Shown piece by piece: positions 48,824-59,574 of a DNA stretch of 64,000 nucleotides. Every line of letters starts with the position of its first letter. The first letter of the stretch is position 1. The stretch spans positions 2,048,001 to 2,112,000 of the forward strand of contig CBDCJV010000002.1 in the NCBI GenBank assembly GCA_965217895.1. The letters are read 5' to 3'. Origin of the DNA: Waterburya sp. Its GTDB lineage: Bacteria; Cyanobacteriota; Cyanobacteriia; Cyanobacteriales; Xenococcaceae. The notes below the pieces were generated by a model. It made no database searches and had not been told where the DNA came from. It worked only from the letters and a program-made list of their open reading frames with translations. The translations under genes and the position numbers were made by a program.

Positions 48824-50449
48824 TCAGTAATTAGTAATTATCTCCTGTAATTTGGCGGGAGTTAGAGAACGGATCAGAGAAAACTCAAACGCATCATTAG
48901 TCAATAGGTCTAGGCGATCGCTTTGTAGATAGTTTTTATATTTTTGTTGATGAGCAAGATAGGCTTCAAAAAAAGCAGTGCTTAGTGCTTTTAGCCCAGG
49001 ATAAGCTGAAGTTGGGCTTGGGCCTACTATGCCTTCAGGAACAGGTAAAACTCCCAAACCTTCTTGCAAAAAACTAAAGTGTGTTCCTGGTTTGACTAGC
49101 ACAAGATATTTATCAAGATCTCGATCCAGCCAAGTAAAAGGTTTTAGTTGCTCCTCAACAGAAGGCGTAACCAAATCATGAGTTCCCGAAATTAGCATAG
49201 TCGGAATTTTGATTGCACCCATTCCCTCTTGACCAAATATTTTGCCTAAGGGGTTGATGGCAACTACCGCTTTAATTCTCGGATCTCGTAACTGATAGTG
49301 AGAATCTTTTAGATCGTCAAAAGTACATTTAGCTAGAGAAGATAAATCCAGCAAAACATCTCGATAGTTTTCTGACTGACATTCCTCAGCCGTTTTATCG
49401 GCAGTTAGTTTTCCGCCAGCTAAGGCTAAAGACGTATAACCCCCTATCGATTGTCCAAGTACTCCTACCTCTTGCAAATTCAATTTATTTCGCAGCCAAG
49501 GATTTGTGGCTGACTCTTGTTCTAAACGATCTAGAACAGATTTAACATCTAAAGGTTGATCGATTAAGTTATTAGGTTCAGGAAATCTTTCTGTTCCTGA
49601 TAGAACGCGATCAAATTTATTTAAGCTAATATCATCATGCTCCACTACGGCAACAGCAAAACCATAAGAGGCGAAATGTTCAGCCAAGTAGGCAAATGTT
49701 TGACGATCGGAAGCAAGACCATGAGAAATAACGATCAAAGGAACAGGCTGCTTTACCTTTGGCTGATACAGATCGAAATATCCTTGGCGATCGCGATGAG
49801 GATTTTTATAGCTGAAAGTACGCTTGTTCCAGGTATACGTCCCTTGAGTTTGTAGCCTTTGAAGTTCGGGTTGAGCTTTGCTGCTGGTTTTTTGAGCATG
49901 GTTAAAAAAAGCGCGATCGAGTACTGCTCTATTTTTAAGCAGCGTCGATCCTCGCTTAATATACTGCTCTATCACCTCTGAATCTATATATACAGTTTCT
50001 GAAGGAAATTGACGCAGCAGGTTCATAATCGTTAATCCTCGGTCATCAAATGCAGCAGCAATAATCGCGCCTCTAAGAGCAAAAAGACCGTTGATATTAG
50101 CATCGGCTCTTATTCCTTTGCCAAAGTTTCTAATCACTGCTTCGCCTACAGTTGAGTTACTAAAATTAGAGATGCTCAAAGGATTAACTTCTAGGGGAGT
50201 AGACAATAGCTTGGGTAATTTTTTTACCTGCTGAGGAGGTAAACGATTAAGGTAGTAAGCAAGCTCAGGAGATACTTCTCTAGTATTTACAAACCTTTCT
50301 AGGTCATCAACTTGGATATTAAACCGACCAAAGGGAGATAAGTTAAAGGTAATTCTTTCGGCTGCTATTGCTGCAACTGGAAATACAGTTGTAAATGTAC
50401 CTAAAATGAAAGACGCGATCGCCAGCCTAGCAGATTGAGCAAAATTCAC
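48824..50449 (-). CDS. DUF1400-domain alpha/beta hydrolase
   Basis: N-terminal AAERI..DUF1400-like region; ISHGLAS, GQSIGG, GTHFS. Confidence 0.85.
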   Translation of the reverse strand: MNFAQSARLAIASFILGTFTTVFPVAAIAAERITFNLSPFGRFNIQVDDLERFVNTREVSPELAYYLNRLPPQQVKKLPKLLSTPLEVNPLSISNFSNSTVGEAVIRNFGKGIRADANINGLFALRGAIIAAAFDDRGLTIMNLLRQFPSETVYIDSEVIEQYIKRGSTLLKNRAVLDRAFFNHAQKTSSKAQPELQRLQTQGTYTWNKRTFSYKNPHRDRQGYFDLYQPKVKQPVPLIVISHGLASDRQTFAYLAEHFASYGFAVAVVEHDDISLNKFDRVLSGTERFPEPNNLIDQPLDVKSVLDRLEQESATNPWLRNKLNLQEVGVLGQSIGGYTSLALAGGKLTADKTAEECQSENYRDVLLDLSSLAKCTFDDLKDSHYQLRDPRIKAVVAINPLGKIFGQEGMGAIKIPTMLISGTHDLVTPSVEEQLKPFTWLDRDLDKYLVLVKPGTHFSFLQEGLGVLPVPEGIVGPSPTSAYPGLKALSTAFFEAYLAHQQKYKNYLQSDRLDLLTNDAFEFSLIRSLTPAKLQEIITNY

Positions 50450-50564
50450 TTAATTTGAGTGATTTATCGAAACTTGGATATTTTCTAGTTTAAACTATTA
50501 TTTATCACCTGCTGTTTGCTATTTGAGCTTGAACACTGGAATTAAAGTGCAATATGTCAAATAT

Positions 50565-51218
50565 TTAAATTTTACGCTCAAGCAATTTCCACAAAACCTC
50601 ATCATTAAAATCTTTGATCGTCATCCTTGCTCCTGCATCCATTAAATACTCTGAAGGATAGCTAGACGTGATACCAATAGTGTATATTCCAGCACTAACA
50701 GCGGAGTTTATACCTGCTGGCGAATCTTCAAAAGCGATCGCTCTTTTATTTTTCACTCCTAAACTTTTTAAAGCTAACCTATAAGGAGCAGGATCTGGTT
50801 TTCCTGGAGGTGCATCCTTTGCCATAATTACCGTGGGAAACGTCCCTGTTAAACGCAGTATTTTGAGCATATAAACGGCATTTTCTTCGGGCGCATTGGT
50901 CACAACAGCACGTTTTAACGAGGCGGTGTCTGTCAAACTGATTAACCTATCCAACCCAGGAGTTGGTCGCAGAGAATTAGCAAGTCGCCGATAAGTTTCT
51001 TCTTTTTCTGTAGCCAGTTTCCAAGCCTCTTCTAAAGTTAGCTGGGGAATAATATCTTTAATTATCTTCGAGTTGGTTCTACCAGATATTCTTTGGCGAT
51101 AAAAGGTGCGATCAATATCAAGCTCAAACCTAACCAATAAATCTTGCCAGACGGCAAAGTGAATTGAGTCAGTATCAGCCAAAGTACCATCTAAATCGAA
51201 TAAAATCGCTTTTAACAT
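50565..51218 (-). CDS. HAD-family phosphatase
   Basis: FDLDGTL, KPDP, FEDS. Confidence 0.92.
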   Translation of the reverse strand: MLKAILFDLDGTLADTDSIHFAVWQDLLVRFELDIDRTFYRQRISGRTNSKIIKDIIPQLTLEEAWKLATEKEETYRRLANSLRPTPGLDRLISLTDTASLKRAVVTNAPEENAVYMLKILRLTGTFPTVIMAKDAPPGKPDPAPYRLALKSLGVKNKRAIAFEDSPAGINSAVSAGIYTIGITSSYPSEYLMDAGARMTIKDFNDEVLWKLLERKI

Positions 51219-51349
51219 TAACCTTACACCACGTTTTTGTCTGTAATCAATACTGATATTTCACCAGTAGCATTTCTATTTAAGACTTTAATTCATTTAC
51301 TGTAGGGGCGACACCACAGGGTTAGAAATTGTAGAATCAAACGAAATAT

Positions 51350-53875
51350 TTAAAATCCAATAATTATCTGCCACATAGCTACAGCTAAAACTATGGTGGC
51401 TAGATGCTGGGGTAATAGATACTTGAATTGTTGACGAGCAATCTTTTGGGTCAACAAAATAGATAACAATACGCCAAAAATTAAAGAGCATCCTTGCAAA
51501 AAAGCAATTACTGCGGGATCGGCAATCAAGATCGGAAAACCTGCACCATCTAAGCCAAAGGTTGCCATCGTTACGGGTAATATTTTTCCTCCTTCTGCTA
51601 AACCCAAGCGGAGATAATGAGCTAAGTTACCTGCCAACACCAAAGGTAAATAACCATAAGCCAGTTCAACAAACTTGCGGGGTTTATATTTATTATTTAA
51701 TTTACCCACAAGTTCGGATGCGATTTGCGCCAGCAGAGGCACAGCCAGGGGTAGACTCAAAGCAATAACGGATACTAAAGCATGATTGCCAAATTGCTCA
51801 AGGTGTAGGCTAGTACCTAGTCGAGCTGATATTTCTGGTAAACGGTGTAAAAAAACCACGTTTAACAAGAGGAACAACAAAGCTACTTCATAACTGTGGG
51901 GAATGTGGGTTGTCCATAGTTCAATTCCAGGGGGACGCAGGTTAACTTCGACTGAGCGATGGGGACAGGCTTTTAAACAAGTCATACACAATACACAGTC
52001 TTTGTTATCCATTAGCTGTGCAGGATGGGAGTACAAAGGACAGCCATTGGTTTCTTGTCCCTCTCCTTTGGCTGGGCCTCCTTTGTAGCATTGATAGGTA
52101 GTGCATTCTGCCGAGCAAGTACCCTGTTGCGCTCGCAATTCCGTCATGGAAAGTTTGGCAAACAAGCCATTCATCCCGCCGATAGGACAAAGATAGCGAC
52201 ACCAAAAACGACGTTCAAAGATGGCAGAAAAGATCATTGCTCCTGCGGTAATTAGTAGCAGTAAGCAAGCGGAAAGATAGGCGGTGTTTTCTAAATTCCA
52301 TAGTTCTTCCCAAAGCAAAATTAGGGCAAACAAACCAAATAAAAACCAGCCACCCCATTTTTCCGCAGTATTTCTTGGCCATCTTTTAAGCTGTCGTGGA
52401 AACAGAATTAGCGATAGCTTTTGGGTGATTTCGCCATAAATCATAAAAGGACATACGGCGCACCATAATCTTCCCACAAAGGGAAAAGCAACTAAAATTA
52501 GGGGCCACCACCAAGCCCAAAATAAGTTTAGAGCAAAGTTATGCTGACGGTTTTGGGGAGCTAGAAAAAGGACTAAAACAATAAAGGCAAAGAAGCTGGC
52601 GGTAAAGCCATAATTAATCTTGTCAGGATACCAGTCGCTACGCAGGAAGTAACGTAGCTTGGGATATTTATTAAGGAGATTTAGGCGATACTGTTTCTTT
52701 TTACTTTGAGAGTGCCAAACAACTTCTTCGGTAATGTCATCACAACCCTGTAGCTGAGTTAAAGCTCGCTCGATGAGACTTTCTAGTTCCCTGAGATTGT
52801 TAGGAAAATCATAAGCCTGAAGGTTTCTGATTGCTTCGGGAGTTATCTTGGTTTTTCGCAGACATTTGTTGCGTCCAATCAGATTTAGATAATAATTGAT
52901 CTGCTCATCTAAATCAGTTTTTCGGACTCTTAGGGGAGGAACTTTGATCAAATTGGCGACTACAGAGTCGATCGCCTGTACAGTTTGTTCAGAAATGAGA
53001 ATTATTCTGGCTTGGGAAGTTTGTACTTGCGGGATATCTCCCCCAGGACGCATTACAGGAGTATATTGATTATCTTTAATTAAAGTGGCGATCGCATCTA
53101 TTAATTCAGTAGGTAATAAATGTATATTATTTAAGACTAAAGTTCCTCTGTCTAAGCTGGCAATTAGTCCAGGCTTCCCACCGCTACGACCAAATAACTC
53201 TGCACCACTAGTTTGTAATTTTGCACAATCAACTTTAATAATTGGCTGACGACGATTGGCTGAACCAAAATGAATTAAAGCTGCTGTATTATCCTTTTCT
53301 AATCCTGGTTCACCAAAAATTAGTACCGAGTCTCTAGTTTGAGCAGCCGCTTTAATTTGCGATCGCAATCTAGCTGCATAACGGCTTTTACCAATTATTC
53401 CCCGTCTAGCTTTACTAACTAGATAAGGTCTTAAAGTTATCTGACGCTCTTGTTCAAACTGAAGCTTATCTGATAGTTCTCTAACCTCTGTAGCTAACTG
53501 CTGGGAAAAAGTCTGAGCAATTGCGGGGTATTGCTCAATTAATTTTTGAAACTCTGCCGCCTCTAGAAACCAAATCTTGGCTTCACTAACAGTCTCGACC
53601 GTATATTGCGTCGGCCGATCTAACAACAGAGCATATAAATTCAGTACTGTCCCTGATAATAAGCTGCTGGGACGTGACTCTGATTGACTATCGCTTAATA
53701 CTTTTCCTGTATGAATAATATACAGCCCATCAGGCTGGGTATCTTCAGTAATAACGATCTCGTCTGTGGCAATTGTTTGTTCAGATAACAAATATGCGAT
53801 CGCCTCTAAAACTTCTAATGATAAATTACCCAGACAAGTTTTCTGCTGTAGAAAAGAAACTAGATCAGAATTCAT
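51350..53875 (-). CDS. cNMP-binding + sigma54-interaction-type AAA + membrane 4Fe-4S-binding protein
   Basis: N-terminal CAP-like domain; SVLIFGEPGLEK, PPLRVR, YDFPNNLREL; CAVCP, CRYLCP, CVLCMTCLKACP; multiple TM helices. Confidence 0.85.
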   Translation of the reverse strand: MNSDLVSFLQQKTCLGNLSLEVLEAIAYLLSEQTIATDEIVITEDTQPDGLYIIHTGKVLSDSQSESRPSSLLSGTVLNLYALLLDRPTQYTVETVSEAKIWFLEAAEFQKLIEQYPAIAQTFSQQLATEVRELSDKLQFEQERQITLRPYLVSKARRGIIGKSRYAARLRSQIKAAAQTRDSVLIFGEPGLEKDNTAALIHFGSANRRQPIIKVDCAKLQTSGAELFGRSGGKPGLIASLDRGTLVLNNIHLLPTELIDAIATLIKDNQYTPVMRPGGDIPQVQTSQARIILISEQTVQAIDSVVANLIKVPPLRVRKTDLDEQINYYLNLIGRNKCLRKTKITPEAIRNLQAYDFPNNLRELESLIERALTQLQGCDDITEEVVWHSQSKKKQYRLNLLNKYPKLRYFLRSDWYPDKINYGFTASFFAFIVLVLFLAPQNRQHNFALNLFWAWWWPLILVAFPFVGRLWCAVCPFMIYGEITQKLSLILFPRQLKRWPRNTAEKWGGWFLFGLFALILLWEELWNLENTAYLSACLLLLITAGAMIFSAIFERRFWCRYLCPIGGMNGLFAKLSMTELRAQQGTCSAECTTYQCYKGGPAKGEGQETNGCPLYSHPAQLMDNKDCVLCMTCLKACPHRSVEVNLRPPGIELWTTHIPHSYEVALLFLLLNVVFLHRLPEISARLGTSLHLEQFGNHALVSVIALSLPLAVPLLAQIASELVGKLNNKYKPRKFVELAYGYLPLVLAGNLAHYLRLGLAEGGKILPVTMATFGLDGAGFPILIADPAVIAFLQGCSLIFGVLLSILLTQKIARQQFKYLLPQHLATIVLAVAMWQIIIGF

Positions 53876-53933
53876 ATTTTAGCCATCACAAGTTAGGTGA
53901 TACCAACCAGATTAGCTTATGCCAGTAAAACAA

Positions 53934-53971
53934 AGGGCGAAGAAATAAAATTTCTTTTTATTCTTTCGCCC
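53934..53971. terminator. Hairpin, likely terminator
   Basis: AGGGCGAAGAAATAAAA..TTTTATTCTTTCGCCCT, just downstream of ORF 54008..54592 (-). Confidence 0.5.
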
Positions 53972-54007
53972 TCAATCCTCATCCCTTATCCCTTAAGGTA
54001 AGTTTAG

Positions 54008-54487
54008 CTATTGCGCCAAACTCCAACCTCTAGTACATTTCACCTTGCCCTGAATCACAGTATTAAGGTATTGCAGTCTAATACCGTACTTATTGCCTAA
54101 TTCTTTGGCTGTGCAATGTTCAGATATATTTCTTTTTTCGTTTTTCCAGCTATAGGCATTTTGATCTAAAGGTATATCTGACCGTTTGGCGGTATTTACT
54201 TCAACGGTCGAAATTAGCTCGGCAACTGAGTTTTCAATTAAAATTACAGGAGCGGTTAGCTTACCGACTTCTGGGTTAGAAGCAGCCAAATTTAATCTTT
54301 TAGTACCATCTTTTACAGTTAGCTTCTTCATCCCAAATCGGCTTGTAGCACCATCAGTAGTAAAAATAATCGGCGAAGTTACACCAGATTGCAAAAGACT
54401 TTGGACTAATTCGGGGTCTGTATAATTTTCTGTGGGAACTAAAAGTGCCAGATCTTTGAGGGTAGCTTGATAGGTGATCTTTTTCAT
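54008..54487 (-). CDS. Hypothetical protein (likely start MKKITYQ at 54487)
   Basis: Open frame of 159 codons; C-terminus resembles NUMOD1-like DNA-binding tails. Confidence 0.55.
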   Translation of the reverse strand: MKKITYQATLKDLALLVPTENYTDPELVQSLLQSGVTSPIIFTTDGATSRFGMKKLTVKDGTKRLNLAASNPEVGKLTAPVILIENSVAELISTVEVNTAKRSDIPLDQNAYSWKNEKRNISEHCTAKELGNKYGIRLQYLNTVIQGKVKCTRGWSLAQ

Positions 54488-55421
54488 AGTTAACTTGTTT
54501 TTGTCACTATTGATTAAGAGAATGTTTACGCCAAATATTCTTAAGCGTGAAATTAATGATGATTGAATAGTACCTAATAGATTCAACATCAACTTTGCTT
54601 TCCTCTAAACAGCCTAATATAGGCGTTTTTTTGAGAAATTTATGATACTTAGATGAAGAAAACGATTTGCTGATTTGCTAAAGTTCACCAAGAAATTTAT
54701 CAGTTACTGCTCATCATACATTTAAGAATTTTCTAACTGTAAACTCTCCTAGGTGAGTGGATGTCCTTAGACACATTGTATTCATCTCAGCAATTTTACT
54801 CATCCGTATTTTTACTGTTTTTAAGTATTATTCGGCAACATTTGCTCAAAGACGACAGCCGTGATTTATAGAAAGCAAGCTTCTTGCTTGATAATCGACT
54901 TGTTTGATAATTAACAGCTAGATAGCAAAATCGAGATTAATTTCCATATATCTATAAAGTATACAAAGTATCTAGAGCAAAAATTAGTTCGGGCTTCAGA
55001 TAACAAGAAAAGCTGAGTATAATGATAAATCGCTCATTTGTACAACATTATTAGTACACTAAAAAACAAATTATGTACTAAAATGAATTTTGATCCATTT
55101 TAGCTATTGGTTAGGTTAAGTTTTCTTTTGATTGTCTATGACAAGCCGAATCTATACCTATTATTATAAAAATGCTATTGCCAGTCATTATATGCTATTA
55201 ATCTGCATTCATAAATAGCATTCACTAAATTTATTTGTCCTTTTAAGTATTGATTTTTTTAGTAACTAATCGAATGAACCTTGATTTTTTCATAAAGACT
55301 AATTGTTAATAAGAAGATTTTTATTGCCGATAGTAATTAAAGCATTTTTAAAATAAAAAATTGCCTAGTTGGTCTAATTTAGGAAATTGTCTTTTATCGC
55401 CAAAGTAAAAGGGAAATAATC

Positions 55422-57644
55422 ATGAAGTCTAAGAATCAAATTCTATGTTTAAAATCGCCTAAACAAAAGCTGATTCAAATCATACATAACGTGCCACTGT
55501 GCTTAGCAATAGCAGCACCAATTATTATTGATATCGGCATTACCTATAGCTTAATAAAATACTTTTCTTTTGATAGAGATCGACAAACCATAGAGAATAT
55601 AGCTAAACAAGCACAAAATCAAATTAGCGATCGCCTATTTTTACATCTGAATAAATACTTAAGTAAAAATAGGGATCGACGCTCAGAGATTATTTCTAAC
55701 TCAGATCTAACTAAGTCAAATTTACCCAAGATTTTGCAGCAGGTAGACGTTCCCTTTACGGCAAAAGTCCTGATTATCCGAAAAAATACGGTTGTAGCTA
55801 CTAATTTTCAGCAGCAAATTAACAGCAATCAAGCAATTATCAAGGCATTGAAACAATCGTTGTCTGAAATAGAAGATATTGAGGGTAAGCCTTTTAGGTT
55901 TACAGCTAAACAGCAGAATTTTTGGGGGCAGATATATCCTTGGCAGCATCAAGGTGGTCAAGACAAGCTAATAGTAGTAATACCTGAATTCTTGCTAGCT
56001 AGCTATGTTGCGATTAAGCCTGAAGAACAAACAAAGCAATATCAATATTTAGCTTATTTATTACCGACAATCTTATTAGGAATAATAGCCTATATTTGGA
56101 TTAAACACAGCTTCAATCGATTACAGCAAGTTTCACAGGTAGTAGGAGTAGATGCTGAATCTGACGACTTTTTTCAGACAAAACCTATTGTGAGCGTTGA
56201 TAAATCTTTAAAACAAATTGCTGCTCAACCAGAGGCAATATCTCAATCTACGACAAACTCTCTTTTGATAGATATGAGCCATGAGTTGCGATCGCCTTTA
56301 AATGCCATTTTAGGATTCGCGCAGATCATGCAGCAAGAATCATCCCTGACGCGATCGCAGCAAGAAAATATGACAATTATTAATCACAGTGGCAAGCGGA
56401 TGTTGTCAACGATTAATGACTTAGTAGACTTGTCTAAAATTGAAAATAATTGTCTGGTTTTAGCCAAAGATAGCTTCGATCTTTATCTTTGGCTTGATAG
56501 TTTTGAATGCAGCCTCAGACATAAAGCAAATAATCAAGGTTTAGACATTTCTCTAATTAAACATTCTCAGCTACCACAATATATTTGCGCCGACGAAAGG
56601 AGATTACGTCAGATCTTGACTAATTTAGTCAGCTATTGCTTAAAACACAATCAGAGCGAATCAATAATTGTTCAAATAAGTTCTTCTGCCATTGATTTAG
56701 ACTCGATTGAATCTAAGCTGCAAAATCTTCATTTTGTCATCGAAAATCTTAATTTCTCTTTTGCTTTACTAGAGCTTGTAGACTTATTCGATCCTCTCGT
56801 CAGCGTTCGCCAAAAAGGCAAGTTTTACGATCAAAGCCCCTTAAGTTTGCCTATTAGCCGTCAGCTAGCAAAACTAATGAAAGGGGACATAACCGTTGAG
56901 CATGACAACCATCGACAAGGAAGAATGATCTTTCGCTTAGATTTGGCGATTGAAGTAGTTACTAGTCAAGAAGTGGAGATTAAGGCTGAATCTTCTCCTC
57001 AAAAAGTTATTAGTCTAGAGGTAGAGCAGCCCCATTACCGAGTTCTAGTTGTGGATGATTCTAAAACCAACCGTAAAGTTTTGGCACAGATATTAGAAAA
57101 AGTAGGCTTTGAAATTCAAGAAGCAGCTAACGGCAAAGAAGCAGTTGATATCTGGCTGCGCTGGCAACCTCACATGATTTGGATGGATATCCAAATGCCC
57201 GTGATGAATGGTTATGAGGCTACAAAGCAAATTAAATCTTCCCCTCAGTCCAAAATACCGATTGTGGCATTTTCCGCTAGCAGCTTAGAAGAAGAGCGAT
57301 CGCTATACCAAGCTTCAGGATGTGATGACTTTGTAGAGAAACCTTTCTCAGAAAATATTATCTTTGAGAAGATTGCTCAACATTTAGGAGTGCGTTATGT
57401 TTATCAATCGATAACACCTTCACCCAGCAGCTTCAGATTAACTGCAAATGCTTTGAGAGTTATGCCCGATAGCTGGATCGAGCAGTTAGAAGACGCAGCA
57501 GCAGCATTAGACGACAAGTTATTAACTCAACTATTACAAGAAATTCCCCCAGAACATTCCAATCTGCAAGATGCACTGCAAAAACAGGTCAACAATTTTG
57601 ATTTTGATCGAATTCTTGATTTAGCTCAAGAGAAAAACTCATAG
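55422..57644 (+). CDS. Hybrid sensor histidine kinase/receiver with degenerate ATPase domain
   Basis: Two TM helices, H-box SHELRSPLNAILGF, REC VVDD..WMDIQMP..FVEKP; N, G1 and G2 boxes eroded. Confidence 0.85.
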   Translation: MKSKNQILCLKSPKQKLIQIIHNVPLCLAIAAPIIIDIGITYSLIKYFSFDRDRQTIENIAKQAQNQISDRLFLHLNKYLSKNRDRRSEIISNSDLTKSNLPKILQQVDVPFTAKVLIIRKNTVVATNFQQQINSNQAIIKALKQSLSEIEDIEGKPFRFTAKQQNFWGQIYPWQHQGGQDKLIVVIPEFLLASYVAIKPEEQTKQYQYLAYLLPTILLGIIAYIWIKHSFNRLQQVSQVVGVDAESDDFFQTKPIVSVDKSLKQIAAQPEAISQSTTNSLLIDMSHELRSPLNAILGFAQIMQQESSLTRSQQENMTIINHSGKRMLSTINDLVDLSKIENNCLVLAKDSFDLYLWLDSFECSLRHKANNQGLDISLIKHSQLPQYICADERRLRQILTNLVSYCLKHNQSESIIVQISSSAIDLDSIESKLQNLHFVIENLNFSFALLELVDLFDPLVSVRQKGKFYDQSPLSLPISRQLAKLMKGDITVEHDNHRQGRMIFRLDLAIEVVTSQEVEIKAESSPQKVISLEVEQPHYRVLVVDDSKTNRKVLAQILEKVGFEIQEAANGKEAVDIWLRWQPHMIWMDIQMPVMNGYEATKQIKSSPQSKIPIVAFSASSLEEERSLYQASGCDDFVEKPFSENIIFEKIAQHLGVRYVYQSITPSPSSFRLTANALRVMPDSWIEQLEDAAAALDDKLLTQLLQEIPPEHSNLQDALQKQVNNFDFDRILDLAQEKNS

Positions 57645-57692
57645 GCACTAGCCAATCTTACACACTTTCATCTTTTACACACACAAAAAACG

Positions 57693-59558
57693 ATGATTTC
57701 TTTTCCCACTCAAGACATCAATATTCTAATTGTGGATGACATGGCTGATAATTTGAAAGTTCTCGCCAATACTCTGAGTGAGCAAGGCTATCAAGTACGC
57801 TGTGCTAAAAATGGTTCGACAGCATTACGAGGTGCAAGTACAATTTTGCCCGATTTAATTTTGCTAGACATAAAAATGCCCGATCTAGATGGCTACGAAG
57901 TTTGTCAAAGACTTAAGGCAGATATTTTAACCTGTAATATACCCGTAATTTTCTTAAGTGCCTTAGATGACGTATTGGACAAGGTTAGAGCATTTGAAGT
58001 TGGGGGGGTAGACTTTATCAGTAAACCAATTCAGGTCAAAGAAGTACTGGTGCGGGTTAAAAATCAAATTGCCCTCCAGTTAGCCAACGCTAAAATATCT
58101 CAGTTAAACCAAGAGTTAGAAATAAGAGTTCAGCAGCGTACAATTGAGCTAAAAACAGTTAATCAAAGCCTCATTAGAGAAATCAATGAGCGTCAGAGAA
58201 TTCAGGAAAAGTTGGTTTACGATTCTCTCCACGATGGTTTGACGGGGTTGGGTAACCGTAGCTTATTAATGGAAAGAGTTGAGTGGACTATTAAACACGC
58301 CCAACGTCATCCAGATTATATGTATGCCCTATTATTTATCGATCTTGATCGCTTTAAAGTAATTAACGATAGCTTAGGTCATTCAACTGGCGATCAATTA
58401 TTAATTGCGGTGGCAAATTTACTGCAAAAATGTCTACGAGAAAATGACCTAGTAGCACGTTTAGGAGGAGATGAATTTGTTATTTTATTAGACGGCATTA
58501 GCAGTATTGAAGATGCAACGATGATCGGCGATCGCATTCAACGAAAATTGCGATCGCCTTTTGAACTGAAAGGTCAAAATATTTTTACTAGTGCCAGTAT
58601 TGGCATCGTCTTTAGTTCACCCAACTACAGTAACGCAGCGGAATTGCTGAGAGACGCTGATATTGCCATGTATCGTGCCAAAGCTAAAGGAAAATCGCGT
58701 TATGAAATTTTTGACATGGCTATGTACCAAGAGACTCTAAAGCTATTAGAGTTAGAAAATTGTTTGCGTCAGGCTGTCAAACGTAATGAATTTGTGCTTC
58801 ACTACCAGCCAATTATTTCTTTAAGCCATAGTAAATTAGTTGGCTTTGAAGCTTTAATTCGTTGGCAACATCCTACTAAGGGTTCTATTTCTCCTATTGA
58901 TTTTATTCCCATTGCCGAAGACACGGGCTTAATTTTAGAAATTGGCGAGTGGTTACTAAAAGAAGCTTGTCGACAGCTAAAGCAGTGGCAACAACAGTTT
59001 GCTCAGATTCCTCAAATTGCTTCTCTCAAAATGAATGTTAATATAGCCAGTCAGCAGTTACAACAACCAGAGTTTATTCAAAAGCTAGATCGCATACTAC
59101 AAGAAACTGGTTTAAACGGTAACTGTTTGCGTTTAGAGATTACAGAAAGCGTATTGATCGATCCAGAAGGAGGTATACAAGATACCCTTAAGCAAATTAG
59201 AGAGCGAAATATCAAGCTCAGTATTGATGATTTTGGGACTGGTTATTCATCTTTAAGTTATTTACGCCAATTTCCCATTGATAATTTAAAAATAGATCGC
59301 TCTTTTATCGAACAAATGAACTATGATTCAGAAAACTTGGAGATTGTTAGAGTAATTATTACTTTAGCCAAAACTTTAGGCATGGATGCTATTTCTGAGG
59401 GGGTAGAAACACCTCAGCAACTCCAGCAGCTAAAAGCCTTTGGATGCGAATTTGGTCAGGGATTTTTATTTTCTAGACCTTTACCCTCTATTGGAGTTGA
59501 ATCAATGCTAGCTCACTATCCAAGATCGTTTAATGAAAATTACCCTCATTTTAACTGA
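57693..59558 (+). CDS. REC-GGDEF-EAL protein
   Basis: IVDD..LLDIKMP; RLGGDEF; FEALIRW; IDDFGTGYSSL. Confidence 0.95.
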   Translation: MISFPTQDINILIVDDMADNLKVLANTLSEQGYQVRCAKNGSTALRGASTILPDLILLDIKMPDLDGYEVCQRLKADILTCNIPVIFLSALDDVLDKVRAFEVGGVDFISKPIQVKEVLVRVKNQIALQLANAKISQLNQELEIRVQQRTIELKTVNQSLIREINERQRIQEKLVYDSLHDGLTGLGNRSLLMERVEWTIKHAQRHPDYMYALLFIDLDRFKVINDSLGHSTGDQLLIAVANLLQKCLRENDLVARLGGDEFVILLDGISSIEDATMIGDRIQRKLRSPFELKGQNIFTSASIGIVFSSPNYSNAAELLRDADIAMYRAKAKGKSRYEIFDMAMYQETLKLLELENCLRQAVKRNEFVLHYQPIISLSHSKLVGFEALIRWQHPTKGSISPIDFIPIAEDTGLILEIGEWLLKEACRQLKQWQQQFAQIPQIASLKMNVNIASQQLQQPEFIQKLDRILQETGLNGNCLRLEITESVLIDPEGGIQDTLKQIRERNIKLSIDDFGTGYSSLSYLRQFPIDNLKIDRSFIEQMNYDSENLEIVRVIITLAKTLGMDAISEGVETPQQLQQLKAFGCEFGQGFLFSRPLPSIGVESMLAHYPRSFNENYPHFN

Positions 59559-59574
59559 AATTATATTTACTCTA

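Noticed and set aside
51300..51314. IS4 element
   Set aside because: Only a solo 15-bp match (CTGTAGGGGCGACAC) to the IS4 inverted repeat; no transposase or partner end.
55052..55080. GTACA..TGTAC palindrome like those before tnsA
   Set aside because: Different spacing (15 bp), AT-rich context and no transposon genes nearby; likely chance.
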